Positions 16,140 through 26,260 of a DNA stretch of 64,000 bases are shown in pieces; position 1 is the first letter of the stretch, and each line of letters opens with the position of its first letter. Source of the stretch: Candidatus Versatilivorator sp. (GTDB lineage: Bacteria > Acidobacteriota > Terriglobia > Versatilivoradales > Versatilivoraceae); the NCBI GenBank assembly GCA_965262635.1, contig OZ253547.1:3445514-3509513 (forward strand), written 5' to 3'. Both the position numbers and the translations under genes were made by a program. The notes under the pieces are model-generated. The model made no database searches. It had not been told where the DNA came from and saw nothing but the letters and a program-made list of their open reading frames with translations.

Positions 16140-19061
16140 GTGGGAAAATCCATGCTGCATAGACTTGGTGTCCTGACGGTTGTGCTACTCCTGGTCGGGG
16201 TTCCCGGCGTTGCCCATGCTCAGGGAACCGCTACCTTGAGAGGCGAGGTGAGCGACAACTACGGCTCGGTCATCCCGGCCGCAGAAGTATTTGTGACCAA
16301 CAATGCCACCGGAGCGGAGGTAACCGTCTCGACGGATGCCGTCGGCGGCTACGCATTGACCCTGCAGCCCGGGACCTACACGGTAACAGTGGAGGCTTCC
16401 GGCTTCGAGCCCGCCAGCGCCAGCGACGTCGAACTGATGGCCGGCCAATCGGTCCTGCGCAACTTCTCGCTGGAATTGGGGGCCGTCACCACCTCCATCG
16501 TGGTGGTGGGAAGCCGGGCCGAGCCAAGGTCGGCGACCGAGTCCACCGTGCCGGTGGACGTCATCCGCCCCGAGGACTTTTCCAACCAGGGAAGCCGGGA
16601 CTTGGCAGCCCAGTTGCGGACGGTGATTCCCTCCTTCAACATCAACACCCAGCCGATCAGCGATGCGGCCACCGTCGTCCGGCCGGCCAACTTGCGCAAC
16701 CTGGCCCCCGACCACACCCTGATCCTGGTCAACGGGAAGCGCCGCCACCGCTCGGCCGTCATCACCTGGCTGGGGAACGGGATCGCCGATGGCTCGCAGG
16801 GGCCCGACATCTCGACGATTCCATCCATTGCCATTCGGCAGGCCGAGGTTCTCCGTGACGGTGCAGCCGCGCAGTACGGCTCGGACGCCATTGCCGGAGT
16901 CATCAACTTCCAGCTGAAGAACGCTCCCTCGGGAGGCAGCCTGGAAGTCCAGACCGGAGGGTTCCTCAATTCAAATCCGGGGGACACGGCGACCTGCGGA
17001 TCTGGGATCATCGGCGACATCAAGCACTCCTGTAACGGGATCGGCGGACACGGCCAGACCTTGTCGGTCGCCGGAAACATCGGGATGCCGCTTGGATCGA
17101 ACGGTTTTGTCAACCTCAGTATGGAATACGGCCACGCCGAACCCACCAACCGCGCCATCCAGCGCGAGGACGCTTCGAGCATCATCAACGCGGGTAACAC
17201 GAATTTGCGCAACACGGCCCAGGTCTGGGGGGCCCCAAGGATCAACCGCGACGTCAAGCTGTTCGGCAACTTCGGCCACATGTTCGAGAACAATTTGCAA
17301 TTCTACGGTCACGCCAACTACGTTACCCGCAAGGTGACCGGCGGCTTTTACTTCCGGAATCCACACACCCGCGGCGGGGTTTTCCGCGGTCCCAAGGTGA
17401 ATGGCCTCCCCACGCTGCTCGTCGGCGACCGGGTCTGGGCCGAGACTGACAGCCGCGAGACTCCTCCCGGACGTGAGCCGGGAGCCGGCGGCTGCCCCAT
17501 CGTCCCGATTGTCGACAACGTGCCCGATCCCGATGCACTCGCGGCCGTCGAGGCCGACCCGAACTGCTTCACCCTCCACAGCCGCTTTCCCGGAGGATTC
17601 ACCCCGCAATTCGGCGGTGACCTGATTGACTACTCGCTGGTCACCGGCCTGCGCGGCTTCGCCAGCAGCGGTTTCACCTGGGACGCCAGCGCCAGCATCG
17701 GCACCAGCGAGATCGATCAGTTCATTTTCGATACGGTCAATGCGTCCCTCGGCTACGACACCCCGACATCCTTCAGGCCAGGCATCTACCGCCAGGACGA
17801 AATCAATTTCAACTTCGACGTTTCCTACCCCCTCCACGAATACGTGCACACGGCCGCCGGCACGGAGTGGCGGCAGGAGAAGTTCACGATTGGCGCCGGC
17901 GGTCCGTCGTCGTGGGAGATCGGTCCCTATGCCGTGCAGGGGTTCAGCTCCGGTTCGAACGGCTTCAACGGCTATCGGGCCGACACCACGGCGGGAGAGT
18001 GGAGCCGCAGCAATGTCGCCGTCTACGGCGACGTCGAGTTTGGCGACCCCGGCAAGAAGTGGACGGTCGGTACGGCCGTCCGGTTTGAGGACTTCGACGA
18101 CTTCGGCACCACCATCAACGGCAAGATCTCGGGGCGCTTCGAGCTGAGCGATCGCGTCGCCCTGCGCGGCGCCATCAGCAGCGGGTTTCGGGCGCCGACA
18201 CCGGGGCAACAGCATGCATTCAACGTGACCACGGCCTTTATCGGCGGGCAGTTGACCAACAACGGCGTGGTTCCCTCCACCTCGGCGGTGGCTGTTACGC
18301 GCGGCGGCGGCCAGCTCCAACCGGAGAAATCACGTAACTACAGCACGGGCATGGTGGTTGAGAAGGGCCCCCTCACCTTCACCGCCGACTATTTCCGGAT
18401 CGACATCGCTGACCGCGTTTCCCTGTCCCAGGAAATCAACTTGTCGGAGGGGGAGATCTTGACGCTGCTGGATGAAGGGATTCCCGAAGCACGCAATTTC
18501 CCCGTGTTCCGGTTCTTCCTGAACGACTTTTCGACGACGACCCAGGGCATCGACCTGATCTCAACGATGGTGTTCGGGAAGACGACCTTCAGTGGGGTCT
18601 ACAATTACACGGATACAGCCGTCAAGGACATTGATTCGTCGGTGATCGACACTTTCCGCATCACTACGCTGGAACGGGGGCTGCCCAACACGCGCTGGAA
18701 CTTCACCGTCAACCACGACGGCGGACGGTGGAACCTGATGGGCCGCTTGAACTACTTCGGTGCGTTCTGGGACAGCGAGGACGGGCGCAACGCGAACGAT
18801 GTGGCTTCGGATGTTGTGACAGAGTCCTGGCTCTACCCCTCCTATGCCGGCAAGGCACTGCTGGATCTGGAGCTGGGTATCCCGTTCGGAGATAACCTCA
18901 AACTGTCCCTGGGGGGTGAAAACGTGCTGAATACCTACCCCGAAGTGAACCAGTATGGCGCCCAAACGGTGGGCAACAAGTACGGGCAGTTCTCGCCCTT
19001 CGGGTTCAACGGCGCCTACTACTACGTACGTCTCAACTACAGTTGGGGTAAGCTTTTCTAG
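16140..19061 (+). CDS. TonB-dependent outer-membrane receptor with N-terminal CarbopepD_reg_2 domain
   Basis: 973 aa; signal peptide; carboxypeptidase-regulatory-like domain (GTYTVTVEASGFEP); plug and beta-barrel blocks; C-terminal ...YVRLNYSWGKLF ending in an aromatic residue. Confidence 0.9.
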   Translation: MGKSMLHRLGVLTVVLLLVGVPGVAHAQGTATLRGEVSDNYGSVIPAAEVFVTNNATGAEVTVSTDAVGGYALTLQPGTYTVTVEASGFEPASASDVELMAGQSVLRNFSLELGAVTTSIVVVGSRAEPRSATESTVPVDVIRPEDFSNQGSRDLAAQLRTVIPSFNINTQPISDAATVVRPANLRNLAPDHTLILVNGKRRHRSAVITWLGNGIADGSQGPDISTIPSIAIRQAEVLRDGAAAQYGSDAIAGVINFQLKNAPSGGSLEVQTGGFLNSNPGDTATCGSGIIGDIKHSCNGIGGHGQTLSVAGNIGMPLGSNGFVNLSMEYGHAEPTNRAIQREDASSIINAGNTNLRNTAQVWGAPRINRDVKLFGNFGHMFENNLQFYGHANYVTRKVTGGFYFRNPHTRGGVFRGPKVNGLPTLLVGDRVWAETDSRETPPGREPGAGGCPIVPIVDNVPDPDALAAVEADPNCFTLHSRFPGGFTPQFGGDLIDYSLVTGLRGFASSGFTWDASASIGTSEIDQFIFDTVNASLGYDTPTSFRPGIYRQDEINFNFDVSYPLHEYVHTAAGTEWRQEKFTIGAGGPSSWEIGPYAVQGFSSGSNGFNGYRADTTAGEWSRSNVAVYGDVEFGDPGKKWTVGTAVRFEDFDDFGTTINGKISGRFELSDRVALRGAISSGFRAPTPGQQHAFNVTTAFIGGQLTNNGVVPSTSAVAVTRGGGQLQPEKSRNYSTGMVVEKGPLTFTADYFRIDIADRVSLSQEINLSEGEILTLLDEGIPEARNFPVFRFFLNDFSTTTQGIDLISTMVFGKTTFSGVYNYTDTAVKDIDSSVIDTFRITTLERGLPNTRWNFTVNHDGGRWNLMGRLNYFGAFWDSEDGRNANDVASDVVTESWLYPSYAGKALLDLELGIPFGDNLKLSLGGENVLNTYPEVNQYGAQTVGNKYGQFSPFGFNGAYYYVRLNYSWGKLF

Positions 19062-19262
19062 CCAGCCAGACGGCCCAGCAGGAGGTCACCAACAGCTATT
19101 CCCTGGCCCCCCCAACCTCAACCCCGGGGCCTCTGCTTGGTTGTGGACAGTCTCAGCGAGCCTGAAGGTCGCTGGAAATCGGTGTTGACGGAACTCGCCG
19201 CCCGAAGGTCCGGACATCGGCCTGTCTGGTTTCGTCCCTTCGGGTTCAACGGCGGTTTTGGG

Positions 19263-19739
19263 CTACCCGCAACTCAACCATTGGGCCAGCGCCTTGTCCG
19301 GGTTGGCCAGTTCCTCGATCGAGTCATACCAACTGGCGTTCCAGCTGCATTCCGGAAGGCCGGTGAACACCATCAGGTTGAGAGGGTAGCCTTCGCTGTC
19401 GGTGCAACGCCGGAAGTCGTCCCGAAACAGGAATACCGGCTTCCCCCAGGCAATCGCCATCCCCAGCTCCACCATCACCCCCTCGTCCGGGGGACAGCCG
19501 TTGACCACTGCAAACAGCCCATCCGCCTCCCGCACGTCGCGAAGGTCAGCCTGACCGATCCGATAGGCCCAGTGCGGGCTGCTCCGGTCGATCTGGTTGT
19601 TGCGGGCAAACGGCTCCCACACCTGGGCGCCCATCGATTCCAGGGCCTCCACCAGATCCTGTAACGGTCCCGCGCGCTGCTGCGCCGAGAATCCGTACGG
19701 ATTGGCCAGATAAAGGGTCTTTTTCGTCAGCATGTTCAT
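19263..19739 (-). CDS. nucleoside 2-deoxyribosyltransferase-like protein
   Basis: About 158 aa from MNMLTKKTLYLANPYGF; fold-typical YLAxP/G motif and conserved acidic residues. Confidence 0.55.
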   Translation of the reverse strand: MNMLTKKTLYLANPYGFSAQQRAGPLQDLVEALESMGAQVWEPFARNNQIDRSSPHWAYRIGQADLRDVREADGLFAVVNGCPPDEGVMVELGMAIAWGKPVFLFRDDFRRCTDSEGYPLNLMVFTGLPECSWNASWYDSIEELANPDKALAQWLSCG

Positions 19740-19823
19740 CTCAGCAAACCTCTCGACCCGAGGGGCAACAAAGGCCCCTAACCACGCCGCCGCCAAGGCG
19801 GGGCGGCCGCTGCCGCTGATATT

Positions 19824-20255
19824 GACTCACGGGGGGCGGTGTTTGCCCCCCACCGGCTCGACTGCGGGCTCCGCCCTGGTCTCGCCGACTCCCCCTTGAG
19901 GGGCGAGTGATCTTGAGGCCTGCACAAGGCGCTCGAGTATCACTCCCCCCTTGAGGGGGAGTCGCAGAAGCCGAGCCATCAGGCGAAGGCTGATGCGGTG
20001 GGGGGGCCAACCAATACCCGCCGCCTTGCCCGGGCCAGCTGACAGTCACTCACGGGACGCCGCGTTTGCCCCCCCCCACCGGCTCGACTGCGGGCTTCGC
20101 CCTGGTCTCACCGACTCCCCCTCCAGGGGGGAGTGATCTTGAGGCTTGCATTAGGCGCTCGGGTACTCCCCCCCTGAGGGGAAATCGCAGAAGCCGAGCC
20201 GCCAGGCGAAGGCTGATGCGGTGGGGGGTGGACGCCGGGCCGCCAGGGTGTTGAA
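19824..20255. repeat. Two tandem copies (~218 bp each) of a GC-rich repeat, family B. Each copy has an internal ~30-bp imperfect palindrome (CGACTCCCCCTTGAGGGG...CCCCTTGAGGGGGAGTCG)
   Basis: Copy 1 is 19824-20041 and copy 2 is 20042-20255. A third partial inverted copy lies at 36140-36215. Confidence 0.75.
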
Positions 20256-20299
20256 GCTATATATTGATCTGTTGAGTATCGAATACTTGCAAGGTAGTG

Positions 20300-20389
20300 T
20301 GGCGGAGAGAGCGGGATTCGAACCCGCGTTAGAGTTTCCCCTAAACACGCTTTCCAAGCGTGCGCCATCAGCCACTCGGCCATCTCTCC
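20300..20389 (-). tRNA. tRNA-Ser (anticodon GGA), type II with long variable arm, CCA encoded
   Basis: Reverse complement reads GGAGAGA-TG-GCCGAGTGGCTGATGGC-G-CACGC-TTGGAAA-GCGTG-(variable arm TTTAGGGGAAACTCTAAC)-GCGGG-TTCGAAT-CCCGC-TCTCTCC-G-CCA. Confidence 0.9.
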
Positions 20390-20541
20390 CCGTTCAATTG
20401 TCGCCCGATTGTAATGAAAACCCGGGGCGGCGTCCAGAGGGCTTCGGATTCAGGCCCGGCGGCGCAGCTACGTGGCCCGGTGGCGTGGGACTGCCCCAAT
20501 CCGCGGGCTGATGCCCACGGCCGGCAACGGCCTTGCCTCCC

Positions 20542-21018
20542 TCACAGAATCCGGACCCGGTCACCCACGGAGATGGAACCTCCCGACTCGACGCTTGCGA
20601 GCATTCCCCTCCGTCCATGCAACTCCCGCTGCAGGCCGGCCCGGATTTCATCCATGCGGCTGCAAGGCCGGCAGGGCGTGGTGATTCGCAGGCGCACCTC
20701 CGAACCGATCTGCAGGATGCGGCCGTGATCGAGGCCATTCAAGGCGATGCCGCGAATGGTCAGGTTTTCCTTGACCTCGCCGATACGCAGGTTCATGGCT
20801 TGCAGCGTTTCTTCCTCGATAAGGAGAACCTGGCGCTCACTCCCTGGCCGAGCGTGGTGATCCTTCTCCAAACCCAAATCCTGAATGAGCCTGGCCGGAT
20901 TGACCGGTTGCATGGGCCGGCGGGACCCGGGACACCGCTGGACGCTGACAAGGACTCCTTCGTGGGAACTCATGGAACATTCCTGGACATTTCCAATTCT
21001 CACCACCGGCCGGGTCAA
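20542..21018 (-). CDS. MOSC domain-containing protein (YiiM-like)
   Basis: C-terminal RITTPCRPCSRMDEIRAG...GGSISVGDRVRIL is the MOSC signature with conserved Cys. Confidence 0.7.
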   Translation of the reverse strand: MTRPVVRIGNVQECSMSSHEGVLVSVQRCPGSRRPMQPVNPARLIQDLGLEKDHHARPGSERQVLLIEEETLQAMNLRIGEVKENLTIRGIALNGLDHGRILQIGSEVRLRITTPCRPCSRMDEIRAGLQRELHGRRGMLASVESGGSISVGDRVRIL

Positions 21019-21177
21019 AGATTCCGCCCCATTTCCAGGCCGGTCCGCAGCCGGAATCCCCGAAGCCGGCCAGATTCCCGCCGTCGCCCGGGCGTTGCCA
21101 ACGTTCCGGCCCTCCGGGCATCCTCAAGTTGACCGGCCCCCGGCCATTCATTAAGATGGGCACCCCGGTCGGCTTCC

Positions 21178-21786
21178 GTGTTCTCCTCGGCGATACCTCT
21201 CGGATCAATGGGACAATCGGCCTCTCAAATTGCCTCTGAACTGGCTTCTCGGACCCCACACAGGCTCGAGGGCCGACATTCGGGGCGAGCGGCCGTTCTG
21301 ATGCCGATCTGGGAACGAAGGGAAGCCTTGTATTTCCTGCTTACCCGGCGTACCGAAACGGTGGAAACCCACAAGGGACAGATTTCCTTTCCCGGAGGCA
21401 TGCGGGATTCGGAGGAGGAGCCCCTGGTTCGGACCGCGCTGAGAGAAACGCAAGAAGAGATCGGACTGCCGGAATCGCAGATACGGATCCTGGGGCAGTT
21501 CGACGACTACCTGTCCTCCACCGACCTGATTGTCACGCCATTTGTCGGCTGGGTCTCCCCGCCTCTGGAGCTGAGTCCCAACCCTGAAGAGGTCGAAGAG
21601 ATTTTGGAGGTCCCCTGGAGCCTCTTCCGAGATCCCAGCTTGTCCAGGACCGAAACCCTCCACCGACTGGGCCGGGACATTCTGGTCTACCACTACGATT
21701 TTCGAGGCCGAGACGTCTGGGGGCTCACGGCCCTGATCATCCGGGATTTCCTGAACCTTATCGATGCGTCCCCGCCCGGAAGTTAA
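21178..21786 (+). CDS. NUDIX hydrolase, CoA pyrophosphatase (NudL-like)
   Basis: LLTRRTETVETHKGQISFPGG NuCoA motif plus the Nudix box REx2EExGL. The start may be at a later ATG, about 21208. Confidence 0.8.
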   Translation: MFSSAIPLGSMGQSASQIASELASRTPHRLEGRHSGRAAVLMPIWERREALYFLLTRRTETVETHKGQISFPGGMRDSEEEPLVRTALRETQEEIGLPESQIRILGQFDDYLSSTDLIVTPFVGWVSPPLELSPNPEEVEEILEVPWSLFRDPSLSRTETLHRLGRDILVYHYDFRGRDVWGLTALIIRDFLNLIDASPPGS

Positions 21787-21802
21787 GGCGAGCCCACATT
21801 TC

Positions 21803-22801
21803 TCACTCCTCTTTCAGACGCCTTTCCATCAAGTCTTTCACGGCGTCCGTCGGGTCCTTGCGGTGGTGGAGCAGCAGGTTCATCTGCTCGGTGATGGGCA
21901 TTTCCACTCCATAGCGTTCAGCCAGCTTCAAGGTGGCCCCGGTGGCGGGAATTCCTTCCGCCACCGTGCGCATTCCCTCCGTGATATCCGCCAACCCGCA
22001 CCCCTGTCCCAACTGGAAGCCAACCCGGCGATTGCGACTGAGTTCGCCGTGGCAGGTCAGTACCAGATCCCCCATGCCGGCCAGACCGGCCATGGTTTCA
22101 GTCCGGCCGCCGCAGGCCACAACCAGACGTGTCATTTCAGCCAGACCGCGCGTCACCACCGCCGCGACGGAGTTGCAACCCAAACCCATTCCGGCACACA
22201 CTCCGGCGGCGATGGCGATCACGTTCTTGACCGCACCGCCCAGTTCCACGCCGATGATGTCGGAATTGGTGTAGAGACGAAGCGAGGGGCCGGAGAACTC
22301 GGTTTGCACCAACCGGTTGACGGTTGGGTCGGGTCCGGCCACGACAATGGCCGTCGGATCGCCCCGAGCCACCTCCCTGGCAAAGGAAGGACCGGAGATC
22401 GCGGCGATTCGAGGCCGAAAAGAGGGTGAGATCACGGCTTCCATCACCTGGGACATCCGCTGCAGGCTGGTGCTTTCGATCCCTTTGGTGGCGCTCACCA
22501 GAACAGACTCGGGACGCAGGTAGGGCAGCATCTCCCGGTAGAGCCGGCGGCAACAATTGGCCGGGACGGCCGTCACCACGATTTCGGCCCCTTCCAGACC
22601 AAATGCCAGCGAATCTGTGGCGACGACTGTTTCGGGGATCGAAAAATCACTGAGGTAAAGAGGGTTGCTCCGCCCCGCATTGATGGCCGGGACCAACTCC
22701 GGCTCATAGACCCAGAGTCGAATCCGGTGTCCCATTCTTGCCAGTGCAATGGATAGGGCTGTACCCCAACCACCCCCGCCAATGATCGCCACCCGCTTCA
22801 T
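21803..22801 (-). CDS. gpsA: NAD(P)H-dependent glycerol-3-phosphate dehydrogenase
   Basis: 333 aa from MKRVAIIGGGGWGTALS; full-length GpsA blocks (KGIE, GPSFA, NxDxIGVExxGAxKN). Confidence 0.9.
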   Translation of the reverse strand: MKRVAIIGGGGWGTALSIALARMGHRIRLWVYEPELVPAINAGRSNPLYLSDFSIPETVVATDSLAFGLEGAEIVVTAVPANCCRRLYREMLPYLRPESVLVSATKGIESTSLQRMSQVMEAVISPSFRPRIAAISGPSFAREVARGDPTAIVVAGPDPTVNRLVQTEFSGPSLRLYTNSDIIGVELGGAVKNVIAIAAGVCAGMGLGCNSVAAVVTRGLAEMTRLVVACGGRTETMAGLAGMGDLVLTCHGELSRNRRVGFQLGQGCGLADITEGMRTVAEGIPATGATLKLAERYGVEMPITEQMNLLLHHRKDPTDAVKDLMERRLKEE

Positions 22802-22893
22802 GGTCCTCGCCCCGTCGGCCGTCCAGCGCTCCAGCCTACCCTCGTGCAGGACTTCCTGTTTGTGGTCTAGCAGCGACCCGGTGAGCACTCCGG

Positions 22894-24129
22894 TTAGAGC
22901 AACCTGCGCCGCACCATGTCCAAGGCCGTCTGGGATGCCCAGAAACGGATCTTCTCCCGATCGCCGCTGAATCGACACTCCCGATGCTCGACCTGGTTTT
23001 CCATGGCGAGGGCCAGATGCACCAGCCCCACTGGCTTTTCCGGGCTGCCGCCGGATGGCCCTGCCACGCCCGTCACTCCAATGCCGATGCTGGCTGCGGT
23101 CCGATCACGAATTCCTTCCGCCAAGGCCTTGGCCACCTCCGCACTGACGGCGCCGCCCATTTCCAAAAGCAGAGGCGGCATCCCGGTAAATTCCACTTTG
23201 GACCGGTTGCTGTAGCAGATGACACCGCCGAGAAAATACCTGGAGCTGCCGGAAACCCTGGTGATTCGTTCGGCAAGCAGACCTCCGGTACAGCTTTCAG
23301 CCACGGCCAGAGTCTTTTTTTTTCGGAGAAGGCATTCCCCGACGACCTGTTCCAGGCTCTCGTCACCGGTGGAGAAAATGAAATCCCCCAGCTCGATCTG
23401 GATCCGATCAGCCACCTTCTGAACCAACGCCATGGCTTCCTGCCTGGATGTGGCCTTGCCGGTCAGGTGAACCTGAATCTCTCCCTTGCCGGCTAAAATA
23501 GTGGTCACGGGGTTCTTGTACCGAGTATAGATCGGAGCAATCTGCTCGTCGAGCTGAGATTCCGCCATCCCGGTAGCCCTCAGGACACGGGTAAACAGAT
23601 GAAAACCCTTCGAACGACGGTTGAGCAACGACAGGCAGGATTCCTCAAAAATCGTCTTCATTTCCGAAGGCACTCCGGGGAGCAGAATAATGACCGCGTC
23701 GCCTTCTTCCAGCCAAAGCCCCGGAGCGGTCCCCAGCCTGTTCTCGAGAACTCGCGCTCCCACGGGAACCAGGGCCTGGCGGGCATTGTTGGCGGGCATC
23801 TCCAGTCCCCGGCTCCGAAAGCGAGTCCGGATGCCCTGGAGAATGTCATCCTGCAGCACCATCTGTCTTTGGAGTACGCGAGCAAATACTTTCCTGGTAA
23901 TGTCGTCTTCGGTCGGTCCCAGACCTCCGGTGGCGATCACCAGCGGGGACCGCTCCACCGCCGACCTCACCACCTGCTCCAGCCGGGATTCATGGTCCCC
24001 GGCAACCACCTTGAGATCGACTTCAATGCCGATGGAGTTGAGTTGCCTGGTCAGATAGAGGGAGTTGGAATCCACCCGGTGAGGAGTCAGCAACTCCGAC
24101 CCAATGGCGATAATCTCTGCGGTTTCCAT
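22894..24129 (-). CDS. cinA: CinA-family competence/damage-inducible protein (MoCF-binding plus nicotinamide-nucleotide amidase domains)
   Basis: 411 aa; N-terminal AEIIAIGSELL...ATGGLGPTEDD and C-terminal CinA domain. Confidence 0.85.
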   Translation of the reverse strand: METAEIIAIGSELLTPHRVDSNSLYLTRQLNSIGIEVDLKVVAGDHESRLEQVVRSAVERSPLVIATGGLGPTEDDITRKVFARVLQRQMVLQDDILQGIRTRFRSRGLEMPANNARQALVPVGARVLENRLGTAPGLWLEEGDAVIILLPGVPSEMKTIFEESCLSLLNRRSKGFHLFTRVLRATGMAESQLDEQIAPIYTRYKNPVTTILAGKGEIQVHLTGKATSRQEAMALVQKVADRIQIELGDFIFSTGDESLEQVVGECLLRKKKTLAVAESCTGGLLAERITRVSGSSRYFLGGVICYSNRSKVEFTGMPPLLLEMGGAVSAEVAKALAEGIRDRTAASIGIGVTGVAGPSGGSPEKPVGLVHLALAMENQVEHRECRFSGDREKIRFWASQTALDMVRRRLL

Positions 24130-24445
24130 AGGATGGGGGAGGGACCTGGCGGGCTAGCCCGCATTTCTCACCGGGGGGCGTGACAATGGCGCAGGATTTT
24201 TCCCTTCAGCGCGTGCTCGCGAGCGAAGAGCGTAGCCGGAACACCGTGCGAGGGAGCATGTGCGCGCTGAAGGGAAAAAGACAAGCCAGAGCGCGCCCAG
24301 CGCCGTCTGTACCCACATGCCCTCAAAACAGGGCCAATAAGGCACTGAAGATAAACGATTTTTCATAATGTCGCCAGCGACCCGGTGAGAAATACGGGCT
24401 TGTGGGCACCAAGGGGCTGTCGCATCCTCCCCGGCCTTGGCTGCG

Positions 24446-25453
24446 TCAGGGCAGCGGCTTACCCTCGACTCCCAGGTGAATCTGATAGATGGAGCTGGTC
24501 GTGGCAAGATACATGTCCTGCCCATATCCGAAAGTCAAGCCGATGAGGTTGGAACCGCTGACAGCCAATGTGGCCTCGGCCTTGGGATCGATCTTCACCA
24601 CCCCTCGCCGACCTGCCAGCGACGCCGCCACATAGAGGTTGCCTTCCGCATCAAAAGCCAATCCCTGAGGACGGCCCAAACCGGTAAAGAAAACTTCGAC
24701 CTCGCCGCTGGCGTTGACCTTGTAAACATGGTCGCAGGTAGATGCGGTTGGTCCGGTCACAAAGAGACTGCCTTCCTGATCGAAGGCGAGGTGATAGGCC
24801 GAGACACTGGGTTCAAGAGTCGCAAAAACAAAGATCTCACGGTTTTTGTCGATCTTGAAAATGGTGCCGCTGCGGTCGCCGACGTAAAGGTTGTCCTCGC
24901 GGTCGAAGACGATATCGGTGGCCACCCCCATGCCCTTGGCATAGATCGCCGTCTCACCCTGGGGGGAAACCCTGAAAATGTTCCCATCCTGGCGGCTGGA
25001 GACAAACAGTTCGTCCCTGCCGTTGAGAGCCAATCCGGTTGGGTTGATGATCTCCGCGCCCAAGGGGTTGACGACCCCGGTCTGACTCACTTTAAAGATC
25101 GAGTTGGGAACCTTCTCGCCCTTGCGCCCGCTCATGGTCGAATAGAGATTGCCGCCCGAATCCAGGGCTGGATTGGCCACAGGGTGCAGATTGTCGGTCA
25201 CCAGATTGGCCACCTCGCAGGTGACGTGATTGCTCTCCTGACCGTCAATGGCAATCCACAGTTTCCCGCTGCAGGCCTCCGACGGCACCTGCGCTACAAT
25301 CAGGTCGGAGGCCACCGAAACCAAATGGCTGGGGGCCCGCTGAATCCTCACCTCGGGGCGCAAGAAGGACTTCAATTCCAAGCCACTGCAGCGAATGAAA
25401 ATCTCTCCACCGGGAATGGCTGCTGCAGGTAACAGATCCAGGATTTTAACCAT
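24446..25453 (-). CDS. NHL-repeat / SMP-30-gluconolactonase-like beta-propeller protein
   Basis: 335 aa with repeated GxLYVxD/NLYVAxxxxG propeller blades. Confidence 0.6.
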   Translation of the reverse strand: MVKILDLLPAAAIPGGEIFIRCSGLELKSFLRPEVRIQRAPSHLVSVASDLIVAQVPSEACSGKLWIAIDGQESNHVTCEVANLVTDNLHPVANPALDSGGNLYSTMSGRKGEKVPNSIFKVSQTGVVNPLGAEIINPTGLALNGRDELFVSSRQDGNIFRVSPQGETAIYAKGMGVATDIVFDREDNLYVGDRSGTIFKIDKNREIFVFATLEPSVSAYHLAFDQEGSLFVTGPTASTCDHVYKVNASGEVEVFFTGLGRPQGLAFDAEGNLYVAASLAGRRGVVKIDPKAEATLAVSGSNLIGLTFGYGQDMYLATTSSIYQIHLGVEGKPLP

Positions 25454-25456
25454 GGG

Positions 25457-26017
25457 TCAGATCGATGGGATGGACGGTGTCTGCAAGCTCTGTGGCATCA
25501 CGCCAAGGAGAGCCAATAGATATTCAATCAGAAACAACAACAAGGAGGCATAAAAGCCGGCCGCCAAATCGTCGAGGACGATTCCGAACCCCAGGGGAAC
25601 TTTCTCCAAGGACCTTATCGGGAAGGGCTTGGCAATGTCGAAGAAGCGAAAGAACAGAAAGCCGAGAAAAAGCAGGGTGAATCGGGGGTTCCTGAAGATC
25701 AAGCCAAAGGTCAGCAACTGACCCACGATCTCATCAATGACGACTTGAGGTGGATCCCGCTTACCCAGGACCGCTTCCGCCCGGGAGCCCGCCCAGATGC
25801 CTACGGCGCTAATGACCGCTACCACCAGCCAATTGACGAAGACCCGCTGTCCCCCGATGAGTTGCCAACGGGAGAGGAGCAAAATCAGCAGAATGCCCAC
25901 AAAGGAACCGACCGTGCCGGGTGCTATCGGGAAATAACCGACACCGAATCCCGTGGCAATAACCAGGGCCAATCGGTCCTTGATGCCTGAAGGTCTGGTG
26001 ACTGTCGGAGCCCCCAT
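25457..26017 (-). CDS. pgpA: phosphatidylglycerophosphatase A
   Basis: 186 aa; membrane protein with the PgpA signature ATGFGVGYFPxAPGTxGS. Confidence 0.8.
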   Translation of the reverse strand: MGAPTVTRPSGIKDRLALVIATGFGVGYFPIAPGTVGSFVGILLILLLSRWQLIGGQRVFVNWLVVAVISAVGIWAGSRAEAVLGKRDPPQVVIDEIVGQLLTFGLIFRNPRFTLLFLGFLFFRFFDIAKPFPIRSLEKVPLGFGIVLDDLAAGFYASLLLFLIEYLLALLGVMPQSLQTPSIPSI

Positions 26018-26218
26018 CTATTCTTCAGCCAGCGCTTCTTCAGCGTCCTCGATTTCGGGTGTGTTCTCCACCGGAACCGTGTAGTGGTCCGTCGCCCAGT
26101 TCCCCAAATCAAGCGTTTGGCAGCGCTCACTGCAAAACGGACGGTGGGTGTTCCCTTCCCACCGAACCGGCTTCCTGCAAATGGGACACTTCAATGCCAT
26201 GCCCTTCTCCACAGGCAA
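26018..26218 (-). CDS. yacG: DNA gyrase inhibitor YacG (zinc ribbon)
   Basis: 66 aa; CPICRKPV...FCSERCQTLDLGNW. Confidence 0.8.
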   Translation of the reverse strand: MPVEKGMALKCPICRKPVRWEGNTHRPFCSERCQTLDLGNWATDHYTVPVENTPEIEDAEEALAEE

Positions 26219-26260
26219 GCGATAGCACCCGCCCGGGCCACTTCCAATACACTCCCCGAG

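Noticed and set aside
20283-20300. att-like repeat of the tRNA-Ser 3' end downstream of the gene (as seen for tRNA-Val)
   Set aside because: No second copy of the tRNA-Ser 3' terminus was found by eye in the window. The adjacent repeats are a separate family.
21764-22429. 221-aa plus-strand ORF overlapping gpsA
   Set aside because: It is antisense to gpsA with a low-complexity product.
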